A DNA stretch of 39,001 nt, taken from assembly GCA_045802365.1 (NCBI GenBank), contig JBJMRA010000067.1:1-39001 (forward strand). The letters are read 5' to 3'. The notes beneath the pieces were generated by a model. That model saw only the letters and a program-made list of their open reading frames with translations, did no database searches and was not told where the DNA came from. The position numbers and the translations under genes were made by a program. The stretch comes from Hyphomicrobiales bacterium. GTDB lineage: Bacteria > Pseudomonadota > Alphaproteobacteria > Rhizobiales > Aestuariivirgaceae. This document shows positions 16,366 to 26,571 of this stretch, piece after piece (position 1 is the first letter of the stretch; the number at the start of each line of letters is the position of its first letter).

Positions 16366-17229
16366 ATGGCGACGCGACAGACCCGGGCATTGTCACGGTT
16401 GGCGGTAGCCCCTTCTGTCCTCCTCCTCTTTCTGTGGATGATCGTCCCGCTCGCCATGACGATCTACTTCTCGCTCCTTCACTACAACCTGCTCGACCCC
16501 GGCAACGAGACCTTCGTCGGACTGCTGAACTACCAGTATTTCCTCTCCGACCCGGCGTTCACGACGGCGCTCCTGAACACGCTCGAGCTCGTCGCCGGCG
16601 TCCTCTTGATCAGCGTCGGCGGCGGGGTCTTTCTCGCGATGCTGCTCGATCAGCCGATCTTCGGGCAGGGCATCGTGCGGCTCATGGTCATCGCGCCCTT
16701 CTTCGTGATGCCGACGGTGAGCGCGCTTGTCTGGAAGAACCTTCTCATGCACCCGGTGTCCGGCTTCTTCGCCTGGATCGCGAAGTCGCTGGGGCTGACG
16801 CCGATCGATTGGTTCGCGAAGGCACCGCTCACCGCGATCATCCTGATGGTCGCGTGGCAGTGGCTTCCCTTCGCGACGCTCATCCTCCTCACCGCCATCC
16901 AGTCGCTCGACGAGGAGCAGAAGGAGGCGGCGGAGATGGACGGCACACCGCCCGTGTCGTACTTCTTCCACATCGTCCTGCCGCATCTCGCGCGGCCGAT
17001 CACCGTCGTCATCCTGATCGAGACGATATTTCTCCTCAATGTGTTCGCGGAGATCTACGTGACCGGCAGCGGCGGCCCGGCCGGCAACATTCCCTATCTC
17101 GTCTACTTTCAGGGACTGCTCAACTTCGATATCGGCGGCGCCTCGGCCGGGGGCATCATCGCCGTCATTCTCGCCAACATCGTCGCATTCTTCCTCGTCC
17201 GCATGATCGGACGCAATCTCGAGGCGTGA
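16366..17229 (+). CDS. ABC sugar/polyol transporter permease (SmoF/MalF-like)
   Basis: 287-aa six-TM ORF with the EAA-loop region SLDEEQKEAAEMDG. Confidence 0.9.
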   Translation: MATRQTRALSRLAVAPSVLLLFLWMIVPLAMTIYFSLLHYNLLDPGNETFVGLLNYQYFLSDPAFTTALLNTLELVAGVLLISVGGGVFLAMLLDQPIFGQGIVRLMVIAPFFVMPTVSALVWKNLLMHPVSGFFAWIAKSLGLTPIDWFAKAPLTAIILMVAWQWLPFATLILLTAIQSLDEEQKEAAEMDGTPPVSYFFHIVLPHLARPITVVILIETIFLLNVFAEIYVTGSGGPAGNIPYLVYFQGLLNFDIGGASAGGIIAVILANIVAFFLVRMIGRNLEA

Positions 17230-17233
17230 AAAG

Positions 17234-18064
17234 ATGGCCCGCCGTCAATCCATGAGACGCCGCGCGCTCACGACAGCCGCGGCCTGGATCGTCGGCTTTC
17301 TGATCTTCTTCCCGATCCTGTGGACGGTTATCACGAGCTTCAAGACCGAACTCGAGGCCTTTTCGACCCCGCCCAGGTTCCTGTTCTTCGACTGGACGCT
17401 CGAGAACTACGCCATCGTGCAGGCGCGATCGAACTATCTTCGGTTCGCGGCCAATTCGATCATCATCTCGCTCGGATCGACATTGCTGGCGCTCGCCATC
17501 GCCGTTCCTTCCGCATGGGCCATGGCCTTCGCGCCCGGCCGCCGCACCAAGGACCTGCTCCTCTGGATGCTCTCGACCAAGATGATGCCGGCGGTCGGCG
17601 CTCTCATCCCGATCTACCTTCTCTTCCGGGATTCCGGGCTCCTCGACTCGCGTTTCGGCATGACGGTCGTCCTTCTCCTCATCAACCTGCCGATCGTCGT
17701 CTGGATGCTCTTTACATACTTCAAGGAGATACCGGGCGAGATCCTCGAAGCGGCGCGCATGGACGGGGCCACGCTCTGGCGCGAGATCGTTTACGTCCTG
17801 GCGCCAATGGCGGTGCCCGGCATCGCCTCGACGCTGCTCCTCAATGTGATCCTCGCCTGGAACGAGGCGTTCTGGACGCTCAACCTCACCACCTCGGAAG
17901 CAGCACCCCTCACCGCCTTCATCGCGTCCTATTCGAGCCCCGAGGGCCTCTTCTGGGCGAAGCTCTCGGCCGCATCGACCATGGCGATCGCGCCGATCCT
18001 CATCATCGGATGGTTCTCCCAGCGCCAGCTCGTGCGCGGGCTCACCTTCGGCGCGGTCAAATAG
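17234..18064 (+). CDS. ABC sugar/polyol transporter permease (SmoG/MalG-like)
   Basis: 276-aa six-TM ORF with the EAA loop [28 protein letters not shown]. Confidence 0.9.
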   Translation: MARRQSMRRRALTTAAAWIVGFLIFFPILWTVITSFKTELEAFSTPPRFLFFDWTLENYAIVQARSNYLRFAANSIIISLGSTLLALAIAVPSAWAMAFAPGRRTKDLLLWMLSTKMMPAVGALIPIYLLFRDSGLLDSRFGMTVVLLLINLPIVVWMLFTYFKEIPGEILEAARMDGATLWREIVYVLAPMAVPGIASTLLLNVILAWNEAFWTLNLTTSEAAPLTAFIASYSSPEGLFWAKLSAASTMAIAPILIIGWFSQRQLVRGLTFGAVK

Positions 18065-18072
18065 AGGAACGA

Positions 18073-19077
18073 ATGGGCGAGATCCTCCTGCGAAAAGTAA
18101 GCAAGTCGTTCGGTGACGTCGCGGTCATTCCATCGATCGATCTCGACATCGGCAATGGCGAGTTCGTGGTCTTCGTCGGGCCATCGGGCTGCGGCAAGTC
18201 CACCCTCCTGCGCCTCATCGCCGGCCTCGAGGACGTGTCGTCGGGCGAGATCCGCATCGATGGGCTCGACGTCGCACATACGCCTCCAGCCAAGCGCGGT
18301 CTCTCCATGGTGTTCCAGTCCTACGCGCTCTACCCGCACATGACGGTCAGGAACAACATCGCCTTCGGCCTCAAGATGGCCGGCCAACCACGGGACGTCA
18401 TCGACAAGAAGGTGGCCAAAGCCGCGCAGACCCTCAATCTCTCGCCCTATCTCGACAGGAAGCCACGGCAGCTTTCGGGCGGGCAGCGCCAGCGGGTCGC
18501 GATCGGTCGCGCGATCGTCAGGGAGCCCAAGGCCTTCCTCTTCGACGAGCCGCTCTCCAATCTCGATGCGGCACTGAGGGTGCAGATGCGGCTCGAGATC
18601 ATGCAGCTTCATCAGGCGCTCGGCACCACGATGGTGTACGTCACCCACGACCAGGTCGAGGCGATGACGATGGCGGACAAGATCGTCGTCCTCAATGCCG
18701 GACTCGTCGAGCAGGTGGGCGCGCCTGTCGATCTCTACAATCGGCCCGCAAACCTATTCGTCGCCGGGTTCATCGGATCGCCCAAGATGAACTTCATCAC
18801 GGGACCCATGGCGGAAAAGCGGGGGGCCGCCACGATCGGCGTCCGGCCCGAGCACATCCTCATCGGCAACGGCGTCAGTTCGTTCGCAGGCACTGTCCGC
18901 ATAGCCGAACATCTCGGATCGGACACCTTTCTCCACGTCGATGTTCCGCAGGCCGGCTCTCTCACGGTCAGGGCGCCGGGACAGCTGGAGGCGGCGCCGG
19001 GCACCCCGATCGCGCTCGTGCTCGATCCAGAGAAGACCCACCGCTTCGATCAGAGCGGAGTGGCGCTCCAGCCATGA
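18073..19077 (+). CDS. ABC sugar/polyol transporter ATP-binding protein (SmoK/MalK/UgpC-like)
   Basis: Start at [13 protein letters not shown] (ATG at 18073 after GAGGAA); the 585-aa track ORF is a frame run-on through the upstream permease gene. Walker [10 protein letters not shown], signature LSGGQRQR, Walker [13 protein letters not shown]-loop YVTHDQ. Confidence 0.92.
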   Translation: MGEILLRKVSKSFGDVAVIPSIDLDIGNGEFVVFVGPSGCGKSTLLRLIAGLEDVSSGEIRIDGLDVAHTPPAKRGLSMVFQSYALYPHMTVRNNIAFGLKMAGQPRDVIDKKVAKAAQTLNLSPYLDRKPRQLSGGQRQRVAIGRAIVREPKAFLFDEPLSNLDAALRVQMRLEIMQLHQALGTTMVYVTHDQVEAMTMADKIVVLNAGLVEQVGAPVDLYNRPANLFVAGFIGSPKMNFITGPMAEKRGAATIGVRPEHILIGNGVSSFAGTVRIAEHLGSDTFLHVDVPQAGSLTVRAPGQLEAAPGTPIALVLDPEKTHRFDQSGVALQP

Positions 19078-19841
19078 GACTCGCCGGTAAGGCCGCCGTC
19101 ATCACCGGCGGGGCACGCGGCATCGGAGAAGCCATCGCCCGGGGGTTCGCCGCCGAGGGCGCGCGGGTCTGTATCGCCGACGTTGACCCGCAAGCACCCG
19201 CAGCGGCCGAGGCGATCGGCCGAGACGCCTTCGCCCTCAGGCTCGATGTCAGAAGCCTCGCTTCCATTGGCGAGATGGTCGAGGAGGTATCGCGACGCGC
19301 GGGTCCGATCGACGTTCTCGTCAACAACGCGGCCGTGTTCGATCTCGCTCCCATCGAGGAGATCACGTCCGAAAGCTACGAGCGGATTTTCGACGTCAAC
19401 GTGAAAGGATTGCTGTTCACTCTGCAGGCTGTGGCGAAGCAGATGATTGCCCGCGGCCAGGGCGGCAAGATCATCAACATGGCCTCTCAGGCAGGCCGGC
19501 GCGGCGAGGCACTGGTTGCCGTCTATTGCGCGTCGAAGGCGGCCGTCATCAGCATCACGCAGTCGGCGGGCCTCGCCCTCATCAAGCACCGGATCAACGT
19601 CAACGGCATAGCGCCCGGCGTCGTCGATACGCCGATGTGGGATGAGGTCGACGCGCTCTTCGCGAAATACGAGAACCGTCCTCTCGGAGAGAAGAAGCGT
19701 CTGGTCGGCGAGGCCGTTCCGTTCGGGCGCATGGGCCGTCCGGAGGACCATGTGGGCGCCGCGATTTTCCTCGCTTCGGCGGAGAGCGACTACGTCGTCG
19801 CGCAGACGCTCAATGTCGACGGCGGCAATTGGATGAGTTAG
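19074..19841 (+). CDS. smoS: short-chain dehydrogenase: sorbitol (L-iditol) 2-dehydrogenase-like
   Basis: 255-aa SDR: [44 protein letters not shown]-terminal NVDGGNWMS. It is near-collinear with Rhodobacter sphaeroides SmoS/PolS as I remember that sequence. The start codon overlaps the ATPase stop codon (ATGA). Confidence 0.8.
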   Translation: MRLAGKAAVITGGARGIGEAIARGFAAEGARVCIADVDPQAPAAAEAIGRDAFALRLDVRSLASIGEMVEEVSRRAGPIDVLVNNAAVFDLAPIEEITSESYERIFDVNVKGLLFTLQAVAKQMIARGQGGKIINMASQAGRRGEALVAVYCASKAAVISITQSAGLALIKHRINVNGIAPGVVDTPMWDEVDALFAKYENRPLGEKKRLVGEAVPFGRMGRPEDHVGAAIFLASAESDYVVAQTLNVDGGNWMS

Positions 19842-19851
19842 GGGACGAGCC

Positions 19852-20628
19852 ATGTATCTCGACAAATTGCGGCTGGACGGCAGGGTGGCGGTCGTGACCG
19901 GCGCCGGGCAGGGCATCGGCGCCGCTTGCGCGGAGGCGCTCGCCGAAGCCGGCGCCAAGGTTGTCCTCGCCGACATGCTGTTCGAGCGGGTGGAGGCGCA
20001 GCTCGCCGCTCTCGGCCGCAACAAATATGACGTGCACGGAGCGACGCTCGACGTGACCCGGTCTTCGGACGTCGAAGCCCTCGCGAGCAAGGTCGTGGCG
20101 GACTTCGGCAGGGTGGACGTGCTCGTCAACAACGCGGGGGTCGCAAGGAGCAACGTTCGCGCCGAGGACACCTCGGACGACCATTGGCGCTTCCACATGG
20201 ATGTCAATGTCGACGGCCTCTTCTGGTGCTGCCGCGCCTTCGGCCGGCAGATGCTCGAGCAAGGCTCAGGCGCCATCGTGAATGTCGGCTCGATGTCGGG
20301 CTTCATCGTCAACAAGCCGCAACCGCAGTCCTTCTACAATGCGTCGAAAGCGGCAGTTCACCAGCTGACCCGGTCCCTTGCCGCCGAATGGGGAAGCCGT
20401 GGCGTGCGCGTCAACGCCGTCGCCCCGACCTATATCGAGACCCCGCTCACATCGTTCGGCATCAAGGAAGACCCTGCAATGTACCGGACCTGGCTCGACA
20501 TGACGCCGATGGGCCGGGTCGGCCAGCCTGAGGAAATCGCCTCCGTGGTCCACTTTCTCGCCTCCGATGCCGCGAGCCTGATGACCGGCTCGATCGTGCT
20601 CGTCGACGGGGGCTACACCTGCTGGTGA
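19852..20628 (+). CDS. short-chain dehydrogenase, galactitol-2-dehydrogenase-like polyol dehydrogenase
   Basis: 258-aa SDR: TGAGQGIG, NNAGV, GSMSGFIVNKPQPQSFYNASKAAVHQLTR, WLDMTPMGRVGQPEEIA, C-terminal VDGGYTCW. This resembles R. sphaeroides GatDH from memory. Confidence 0.7.
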   Translation: MYLDKLRLDGRVAVVTGAGQGIGAACAEALAEAGAKVVLADMLFERVEAQLAALGRNKYDVHGATLDVTRSSDVEALASKVVADFGRVDVLVNNAGVARSNVRAEDTSDDHWRFHMDVNVDGLFWCCRAFGRQMLEQGSGAIVNVGSMSGFIVNKPQPQSFYNASKAAVHQLTRSLAAEWGSRGVRVNAVAPTYIETPLTSFGIKEDPAMYRTWLDMTPMGRVGQPEEIASVVHFLASDAASLMTGSIVLVDGGYTCW

Positions 20629-20632
20629 AGCC

Positions 20633-20661
20633 CTTGCGGGTAGCGCAGAACGCGCCTATAT
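20633..20661 (+). promoter_or_regulatory. housekeeping-type promoter candidate upstream of the rimP leader
   Basis: CTTGCG-N17-CTATAT matches 10/12 positions of the alphaproteobacterial CTTGAC-N17-CTATAT consensus. It begins 5 nt after the preceding stop codon. Confidence 0.45.
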
Positions 20662-20703
20662 AAGCGCCAACTTAGGTTCACTCACATAGCTGGAGTTATG
20701 AGA

Positions 20704-20732
20704 GTGGGTCCCGAACGGGGCCCGCTTTTTTT
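20704..20732 (+). terminator. intrinsic (Rho-independent) terminator 14 nt upstream of the rimP start codon
   Basis: 9-bp stem GTGGGTCCC/GGGGCCCGC (20704-20712 / 20717-20725, GAAC loop, two G-U pairs), followed directly by TTTTTTT (20726-20732). Confidence 0.7.
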
Positions 20733-20746
20733 GTATCCGACGGAGC

Positions 20747-21349
20747 ATGAGCGAAGAAAGATTGATCCGTGAAACGGGGCCCGCGCTGACTATCGCGAGA
20801 CTCGTCGACCCGGTGCTCCACGATCTTGGGTTCCGGCTCGTGCGCGTGCGGCTTACGGGCCAGGGCGGTCAGACGCTGCAGATCATGGCCGAGCGGCCCG
20901 ACGGCAGCTTCAGCATTGACGATTGCGAGCAGGCGAGCCGGGCGATCGCGCCCGTTCTCGATGTCGCCGACCCGATCAGCGGCCGCTACAATCTCGAGGT
21001 TTCCTCGCCGGGCATCGACCGGCCGCTCGTCAGGCCGGAGGACTTCGAGCGCTGGACGGGTCACGAGGTGAAGATCGAGATGAGCACGCTCCAGGCCGGG
21101 CGCAAGCGCTTCCGCGGCGAGATCGAAGGCTATGCGGAAGGCGAGGTGCGCCTCAATGTCGGCCATCCCGAAGGCGGCAAGGAGAAACTCCTCATCGGCC
21201 TTCCTTTCGCCGAGATCGCCGAGGCGAAGCTCGTCATGACCGACCGGCTGATCGAGGCGGCGAGGGCGAAGCACGAGGCGGCCTCGCAGCTCGCCGATGG
21301 CAGTGCGTGGACCGGCGACATCGAACAGGTTTCAGACAGGAGACATTGA
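20747..21349 (+). CDS. rimP: ribosome maturation factor RimP
   Basis: 200-aa ORF: [21 protein letters not shown]..., [31 protein letters not shown]. It sits directly upstream of nusA. Confidence 0.92.
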   Translation: MSEERLIRETGPALTIARLVDPVLHDLGFRLVRVRLTGQGGQTLQIMAERPDGSFSIDDCEQASRAIAPVLDVADPISGRYNLEVSSPGIDRPLVRPEDFERWTGHEVKIEMSTLQAGRKRFRGEIEGYAEGEVRLNVGHPEGGKEKLLIGLPFAEIAEAKLVMTDRLIEAARAKHEAASQLADGSAWTGDIEQVSDRRH

Positions 21350-21350
21350 C

Positions 21351-22946
21351 ATGGCAGAAGCGGCAGTGAGCGCCAACAGGCTCGAGCTCTTGCAGATCGC
21401 CGACGCTGTTGCGCGCGAGAAGTCCATCGACAAGTCGGTGGTGATCGGCGCCATGGAGGAGGCGATCCAGCGCGCGGCGAAGGCACGCTACGGGGCCGAA
21501 AACGAGATCAAGGCCGAGATCGATCCCAAGACCGGCGACATGCGCCTCAACCGGCTCTTGCTCGTCGTCGATAAGGTCGAAGACGAGGCGAAGCAGATTA
21601 GCCTTGCCGAAGCGGTAAGGCGCAATCCTGCGGCGACGATCGGGGATTCCATTCTCGAGCCTCTGCCGCCCGTCGACTTCGGGCGGATCGCCGCCACCAA
21701 CGCCAAGCAGGTCATCGTTCAGAAAGTGCGTGATGCCGAACGCGAGCGCATGTACGAAGAATACAAAGACCGCATCGGGGATATCGTCCACGGCTCGGTG
21801 AAGCGCGTCGAATATGGCAGCGTCATCGTCGATCTGGGACGGGGCGAGGCGATCGTCCGGCGCGACGAGACGCTTCCGCGCGAAACCTTCAGGCCGGGCG
21901 ATCGCATCCGGGCGTACCTCTTCGATGTCCGCCGCGAACAGCGGGGACCGCAGATTTTCCTCTCGCGCACCCATCCCGAATTCATGGCCAAGCTCTTCGG
22001 CCAGGAGGTGCCCGAGATATATGACGGAGTCGTCGAGGTGGTCTCGGTCGCCCGCGATCCGGGCTCTCGCGCCAAGATCGCGGTCCGCTCGAAAGACGGC
22101 TCGATAGACCCGGTCGGCGCTTGCGTCGGCATGCGCGGCAGCCGCGTGCAGGCGGTCGTCAACGAGCTCCAGGGCGAGAAGATCGACATCATTCCGTGGT
22201 CGTCCGATGTGGCGAACTTTGTCGTGAATGCGCTGGCGCCGGCCGAGGTGGCCAAAGTGGTTCTCGACGAAGACGCCGAGCGCATCGAGGTCGTGGTGCC
22301 CGACGAGCAGCTCTCGCTCGCGATCGGCCGGCGTGGACAGAACGTCAGGCTCGCCTCGCAGCTTACCGGCTGGGACATCGATATCCTGACCGAGGCAGAG
22401 GAGTCCGAGCGGCGCCAGAAAGAATTTGCAACGCGAGCGAAGCGCTTCGTCGAGGCGCTCGATGTCGACGAAATGCTGGCGCAGCTCCTGGCGGCCGAAG
22501 GATTCGACACCGTCGAGGAGATCGCATTCGTCGACAGGCAGGATCTCGCCTCGATCGAAGGGCTCGACGAGCAGACGGCCGAAGAGCTCCAGAGCCGCGC
22601 CAGCGAGTACCTCGACCGGGTGGCGGCCGAGCTCGATCAGAAACGGCGGGAGCTCGGCGTCGCCGATGAGCTGACCGAGATCGAGGGCGTCACGCCCGCG
22701 ATGCTGGTGGCGCTCGGCGAAGCCGACATCAAGACGGTTGAGGACCTCGCGGGGTGCGCGACCGACGACCTCCTCGGCTGGACGGAGCGCAAAGGGGGAG
22801 AAACGACGAAGTACAAGGGCGCGTTCTCCGACCTCGACGTTTCCGAAGCCGATGCCGAGCAGCTTATCATGGCCGCCCGGGTCAAGGCGGGCTGGATCGA
22901 GCCCGCTTCGTCTGCAGAGACCGAGCCGGCCGAAGCGCAGGCGTGA
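21351..22946 (+). CDS. nusA: transcription termination/antitermination factor NusA
   Basis: Start at [26 protein letters not shown] (ATG at 21351 after CAGGAGA, 1 nt after the rimP stop). S1 and KH regions are present ([40 protein letters not shown]), plus C-terminal acidic HhH repeats. Confidence 0.95.
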   Translation: MAEAAVSANRLELLQIADAVAREKSIDKSVVIGAMEEAIQRAAKARYGAENEIKAEIDPKTGDMRLNRLLLVVDKVEDEAKQISLAEAVRRNPAATIGDSILEPLPPVDFGRIAATNAKQVIVQKVRDAERERMYEEYKDRIGDIVHGSVKRVEYGSVIVDLGRGEAIVRRDETLPRETFRPGDRIRAYLFDVRREQRGPQIFLSRTHPEFMAKLFGQEVPEIYDGVVEVVSVARDPGSRAKIAVRSKDGSIDPVGACVGMRGSRVQAVVNELQGEKIDIIPWSSDVANFVVNALAPAEVAKVVLDEDAERIEVVVPDEQLSLAIGRRGQNVRLASQLTGWDIDILTEAEESERRQKEFATRAKRFVEALDVDEMLAQLLAAEGFDTVEEIAFVDRQDLASIEGLDEQTAEELQSRASEYLDRVAAELDQKRRELGVADELTEIEGVTPAMLVALGEADIKTVEDLAGCATDDLLGWTERKGGETTKYKGAFSDLDVSEADAEQLIMAARVKAGWIEPASSAETEPAEAQA

Positions 22947-22958
22947 GGTCGGCCCCTG

Positions 22959-23564
22959 TTGCAGGATCGAGAGTTGGCGGAGCGGATGTGCATCGTCACG
23001 CGGGAAGTCAGGGATGAGCATGAGCTCATCCGGTTCGTTCGGGGGCCGGACGGGGCCGTCGTGCCGGACATCGACCGCAAGCTCCCGGGCCGCGGCGTCT
23101 GGGTGGGGGCAAGCCGCGCCCTTGTCGAGCAGGCGCTGAAGCGCCGGGCCTTCAATCGCGGACTTGGCGAAGCCCGAGCCGATCCCCATCTTCCTGATCA
23201 GGTCGGGGAACTGCTCCGCAGGGCCGCACTTGGCTATGTCTCGCTTGCCAAGAAGGCAGGCAGTCTGGTAGCGGGTGCGACGAAAGTCGAAGACCGGCTC
23301 TCGTCGGGGAAGGTCAGGGTTCTGATCCATGCCCGGGAAGCAAGCAGTGGGGGACGGTCGAAGCTCGACGCAATGGCAGGGCCGGACACGGCAACGGTTC
23401 GCCTCTTTACATCGGACGAATTGAGTTTGGCCTTGGGCCGGCCAAATGTGATACATGCAGCGGTGATTGGCGGGGGAATTGCCGAGAAACTGCTGAGCGC
23501 GGCGAGCCGCGCTGAAGCTTATTACGATGCCCGGCCCGGCACTCAGTTTGGCAAGGACGCATGA
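22959..23564 (+). CDS. YlxR (DUF448)-type RNA-binding protein fused to an L7Ae/YlxQ-like domain
   Basis: [22 protein letters not shown]...LPGRGVWV, followed by [15 protein letters not shown]. It occupies the canonical slot between nusA and infB. The start is either the TTG at 22959 or the ATG at 22986. Confidence 0.85.
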   Translation: MQDRELAERMCIVTREVRDEHELIRFVRGPDGAVVPDIDRKLPGRGVWVGASRALVEQALKRRAFNRGLGEARADPHLPDQVGELLRRAALGYVSLAKKAGSLVAGATKVEDRLSSGKVRVLIHAREASSGGRSKLDAMAGPDTATVRLFTSDELSLALGRPNVIHAAVIGGGIAEKLLSAASRAEAYYDARPGTQFGKDA

Positions 23565-26107
23565 CGGATACGAACGACAGCAGTGACCGCCGACTCGGCC
23601 TTTCGCAAGCCTCCGGGCGAACGCTCAGCGTGCCCCGGACGGTGATCGAGAAGAGCCGGGTCAAGCAGAATTTTTCTCACGGCCGCACCAAGACGGTGGT
23701 GGTCGAGACCCGTCGCAAGCGGCCGACCGGCCCAGGCGGCCGCGAGGACGAGCGTCCGGAATCGAAGCCGCAGTTCCAGGCCCAGCCCAAGGTCGCCCCG
23801 GCTCCCGAGAAGCCCAAGGCGCCCGAGTCGGCGCAGCCGCGCTCGGGAGTCGTCCTGCGCACGCTGACGAGCGAGGAACGCGAAGCGCGCGATCGCGCTC
23901 TCGCCGACGCTCGCGTTCGCGAGGCTGAAGATCGCAGGCGGCAGGAAGAAGACGCTCGCCGTCGCCGTGAGCTGGAAGAACGCGAGCACAAGGAACGCGA
24001 GGCAGCCGCCCGCCGCAAGGCCGACGAGGAAGCGCGGCACCGGATCGAAGAAGAGGCACGCAAGAAAGCCGAAGAAGCCGCCAAGAAGCTCGCCCCGAAG
24101 ACGTCTGCGGCTACCGCCGTGGAAGAGGAGGAGGAGGGCCGTTCCAAGGCACGGCTTGGACTGAAGCGCGACATCAAAGCGCCGCAGCCGGCACGCCCGG
24201 CCAAGGGGGAGGAGAAGAAACGCGGCAAGCTCACTCTCACCAACGCCCTCAACGAGGACGATGACCGCGCCCGATCGGTTGCGGCCTTCCGCCGTCGTAC
24301 CGAACGCCTCAAGCAGAAGGCGCAGGGCTTTCAGAGGCCCACGGAGAAGATCGCCCGCGAGGTCACGGTCCCCGAGGCGATCACCATCCAGGAGCTCGCC
24401 AACCGCATGTCCGAGCGCGCGGTCGACGTCATCAAGCTGCTGATGAAGCAGGGCGAGATGCACACCATCAACGACGTGATCGAAGCCGACACGGCGCAGA
24501 TCATCGCCGAAGAGTTCGGCCATAAGGTCAAGCGGGTCGCCGAAGCCGACGTCGTCGAAGGCCTCATGGGCGACAGCGACGCCGAGGAGGCTCTCAAGCC
24601 GCGCGCGGCGGTTGTGACCATCATGGGCCATGTCGATCACGGCAAAACCTCGCTGCTCGATGCGATCCGCAAAACCAATGTGGTCGCGGGGGAGGCGGGC
24701 GGTATTACGCAGCACATCGGCGCCTACCAAGTCGACACGTCCGGCGGGGTGATCACCTTCATCGATACCCCGGGCCACGAGGCCTTCACGGCCATGCGAG
24801 CGCGCGGCGCCAAGGCGACCGACATCGTGGTGCTGGTGGTCGCCGCCGACGACGGCGTCATGCCGCAGACGGTCGAGGCCATCAATCACGCCCGGGCGGC
24901 CGAAGTGCCGATCATCGTGGCAATCAACAAGATCGACAAGCCGCAGGCCAATCCCACCCGCGTCCGCACGGATCTCCTGCAGCATGAGATCGTGGTGGAA
25001 AGCATGGGCGGAGATACGCTCGAGGTCGAAGTCTCGGCGCTCAAGGGCACCAATCTCGACAAACTCCTCGAAACTATTCTGCTCCAGTCGGAGGTGCTCG
25101 ACCTCAAGGCCAATCCAGACCGCGCGGCATCGGGCATCGTGGTCGAGGCCCAGCTCGACAAAGGCCGGGGTCCGGTCGCGACCGTGCTCGTCCAGCGCGG
25201 CACGCTCGAGCTCGGCGACATCTTCGTCGCGGGCGCCGCCTGGGGACGGGTGAGAGCGCTCGTCAACGACAAGGGCGAGCAGGTCAAGGACGCCGGGCCG
25301 TCGGTTCCAGTCGAAGTGCTCGGCCTCAACTCCGCGCCCGAGGCGGGCGACCAGTTCGTCGTCGTCGAGAGTGAAGGCCGCGCGAGAGAGATCACGGATT
25401 ACCGCGAGCGCAAGCGCCGCCAGGAGCGCGGCACTGGGGCCGGGCGAGCCTCGCTCGAGCAGATGATGAGCCAGCTCAAGGAAGGCGGCCGCAAGGAGTT
25501 GCCGGTGCTGGTCAAGGCCGACGTCCAGGGCTCGGCGGAGGCCATCGTCCAGGCGCTCGAAAAGATCGGCAACGATGAGGTTTCGGCGCGCGTCATCCAC
25601 TATGGCGTCGGCGGGATCAGCGAGTCGGACGTGGCGCTCGCGGCGACATCGGGTGCGGTGCTGCTCGGGTTCAATATCCGCGCCAACGCCCAGGCGCGCG
25701 ACGCCGCCGAACGGCAGGGCATCGAGATCCGCTACTACAGCATCATCTACGATCTCGTGGATGACGTGAAGCAGGCCATGGCGGGCCTTCTCGCCCCGAC
25801 GTTGCGCGAAACATTCCTCGGCAACGCCCAGATCCTCGAGATATTCAACATTACCAAGGTCGGCAAGGTGGCGGGATGCCGGGTCACAGAAGGCGTGGTC
25901 CAGCGCGGCGCCAGGGTCCGTCTCATCCGCGACAACGTCGTCGTTCACGAGGGGACGCTGTCGACGCTCAAGCGCTTCAAGGACGAGGTGCGCGAGGTCC
26001 AGGCCGGCCAGGAGTGCGGCATGGCGTTCGAAGGCTATCAGGACATGCGCGCGGGCGACGTCATCGAGTGCTTCCGCGTCGAGAAGGTGCAGCGCACGCT
26101 CGATTGA
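23561..26107 (+). CDS. infB: translation initiation factor IF-2
   Basis: 848-aa ORF with a Lys/Glu/Arg-rich N-terminal region. GTPase motifs [25 protein letters not shown]. The start codon overlaps the ylxR stop codon (ATGA). Confidence 0.97.
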   Translation: MTDTNDSSDRRLGLSQASGRTLSVPRTVIEKSRVKQNFSHGRTKTVVVETRRKRPTGPGGREDERPESKPQFQAQPKVAPAPEKPKAPESAQPRSGVVLRTLTSEEREARDRALADARVREAEDRRRQEEDARRRRELEEREHKEREAAARRKADEEARHRIEEEARKKAEEAAKKLAPKTSAATAVEEEEEGRSKARLGLKRDIKAPQPARPAKGEEKKRGKLTLTNALNEDDDRARSVAAFRRRTERLKQKAQGFQRPTEKIAREVTVPEAITIQELANRMSERAVDVIKLLMKQGEMHTINDVIEADTAQIIAEEFGHKVKRVAEADVVEGLMGDSDAEEALKPRAAVVTIMGHVDHGKTSLLDAIRKTNVVAGEAGGITQHIGAYQVDTSGGVITFIDTPGHEAFTAMRARGAKATDIVVLVVAADDGVMPQTVEAINHARAAEVPIIVAINKIDKPQANPTRVRTDLLQHEIVVESMGGDTLEVEVSALKGTNLDKLLETILLQSEVLDLKANPDRAASGIVVEAQLDKGRGPVATVLVQRGTLELGDIFVAGAAWGRVRALVNDKGEQVKDAGPSVPVEVLGLNSAPEAGDQFVVVESEGRAREITDYRERKRRQERGTGAGRASLEQMMSQLKEGGRKELPVLVKADVQGSAEAIVQALEKIGNDEVSARVIHYGVGGISESDVALAATSGAVLLGFNIRANAQARDAAERQGIEIRYYSIIYDLVDDVKQAMAGLLAPTLRETFLGNAQILEIFNITKVGKVAGCRVTEGVVQRGARVRLIRDNVVVHEGTLSTLKRFKDEVREVQAGQECGMAFEGYQDMRAGDVIECFRVEKVQRTLD

Positions 26108-26114
26108 TATGAGT

Positions 26115-26159
26115 CCCTCATGCTGAGGTGCTTCGCCGAACGGCGAAGCCTCGAAGCAT
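26115..26159. repeat. REP-like palindromic element (second family) in the infB-rbfA spacer
   Basis: CCCTCATGCTGAGGTG-CTTCGCCG-AA-CGGCGAAG-CCTCGAAGCAT. It has an inner 8-bp perfect hairpin (26131-26148) and an outer imperfect stem TGCTGAGG/CCTCGAAGCA. An inverted homologue lies at 30675-30718. Confidence 0.65.
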
Positions 26160-26173
26160 CGGTGGAGCACGCA

Positions 26174-26569
26174 ATGCCATCATCAAGACAACCGTCTCAA
26201 CGCCAGCTCCGCGCCGGCGAGTTGATCAGGCATGCCTTGGCTGAAATGTTCCTGAGAGGCGAGGTCGGCGATCCCGAGCTTGAGCGCATCGGGGTGAGCG
26301 TCCTCGAAGTCGTCATGTCGCCGGACCTACGAGTCGCCACGGCGTATGTCCGCCCGATGGCGGAGCATCGCGAAAAGGAGCTTCTGGCCATTCTCGGCCG
26401 GCAGAGCCGCCACATCCGGGGCCTGGTCACACCGCGCGTCGACATGCGCTACATGCCCGAAATCCGTTTCCGGATCGACACGGCGCTCGATTATGCCGAG
26501 AAGATCGACCGTATCCTCAGCGATCCCTCAGTCGCGCGCGATCTTGCCTCCAAAGACGAAGGGCACTGA
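26174..26569 (+). CDS. rbfA: ribosome-binding factor A
   Basis: Start at MPSSRQPSQRQLRAGELIRHALAEMF (ATG at 26174 after GGTGGAG). VSVLEVVMSPDLRVATAYV and MRYMPEIRFRIDTAL are typical of RbfA. Confidence 0.93.
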   Translation: MPSSRQPSQRQLRAGELIRHALAEMFLRGEVGDPELERIGVSVLEVVMSPDLRVATAYVRPMAEHREKELLAILGRQSRHIRGLVTPRVDMRYMPEIRFRIDTALDYAEKIDRILSDPSVARDLASKDEGH

Positions 26570-26571
26570 GC

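Noticed and set aside
17320-19077. 585-aa plus-strand ORF
   Set aside because: Its first ~250 aa are an out-of-frame read through the SmoG-like permease gene. Only the part from the ATG at 18073 (with RBS) is the ABC ATPase.
19050-20315. 421-aa ORF antisense to the two SDR genes
   Set aside because: A shadow frame. Both SDRs on the plus strand carry complete cofactor and catalytic motifs.
20698-20772. 24-codon upstream ORF ([24 protein letters not shown]) in the rimP leader
   Set aside because: The GGAG lies only 2 nt from its ATG, which is too close. The frame runs through the terminator and into rimP out of frame. It is most likely fortuitous.
21234-23456. 740-aa ORF antisense to rimP/nusA/ylxR
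   Set aside because: It spans three real plus-strand genes and their junctions, has no recognisable motifs, and has shadow-frame composition.
23543-26170. 875-aa ORF antisense to infB
   Set aside because: It exactly shadows a confidently identified gene (IF-2 with intact GTPase motifs). Its product is Arg/Ala/Leu/Asp-rich, low-complexity sequence typical of stop-free antisense frames in high-GC DNA.
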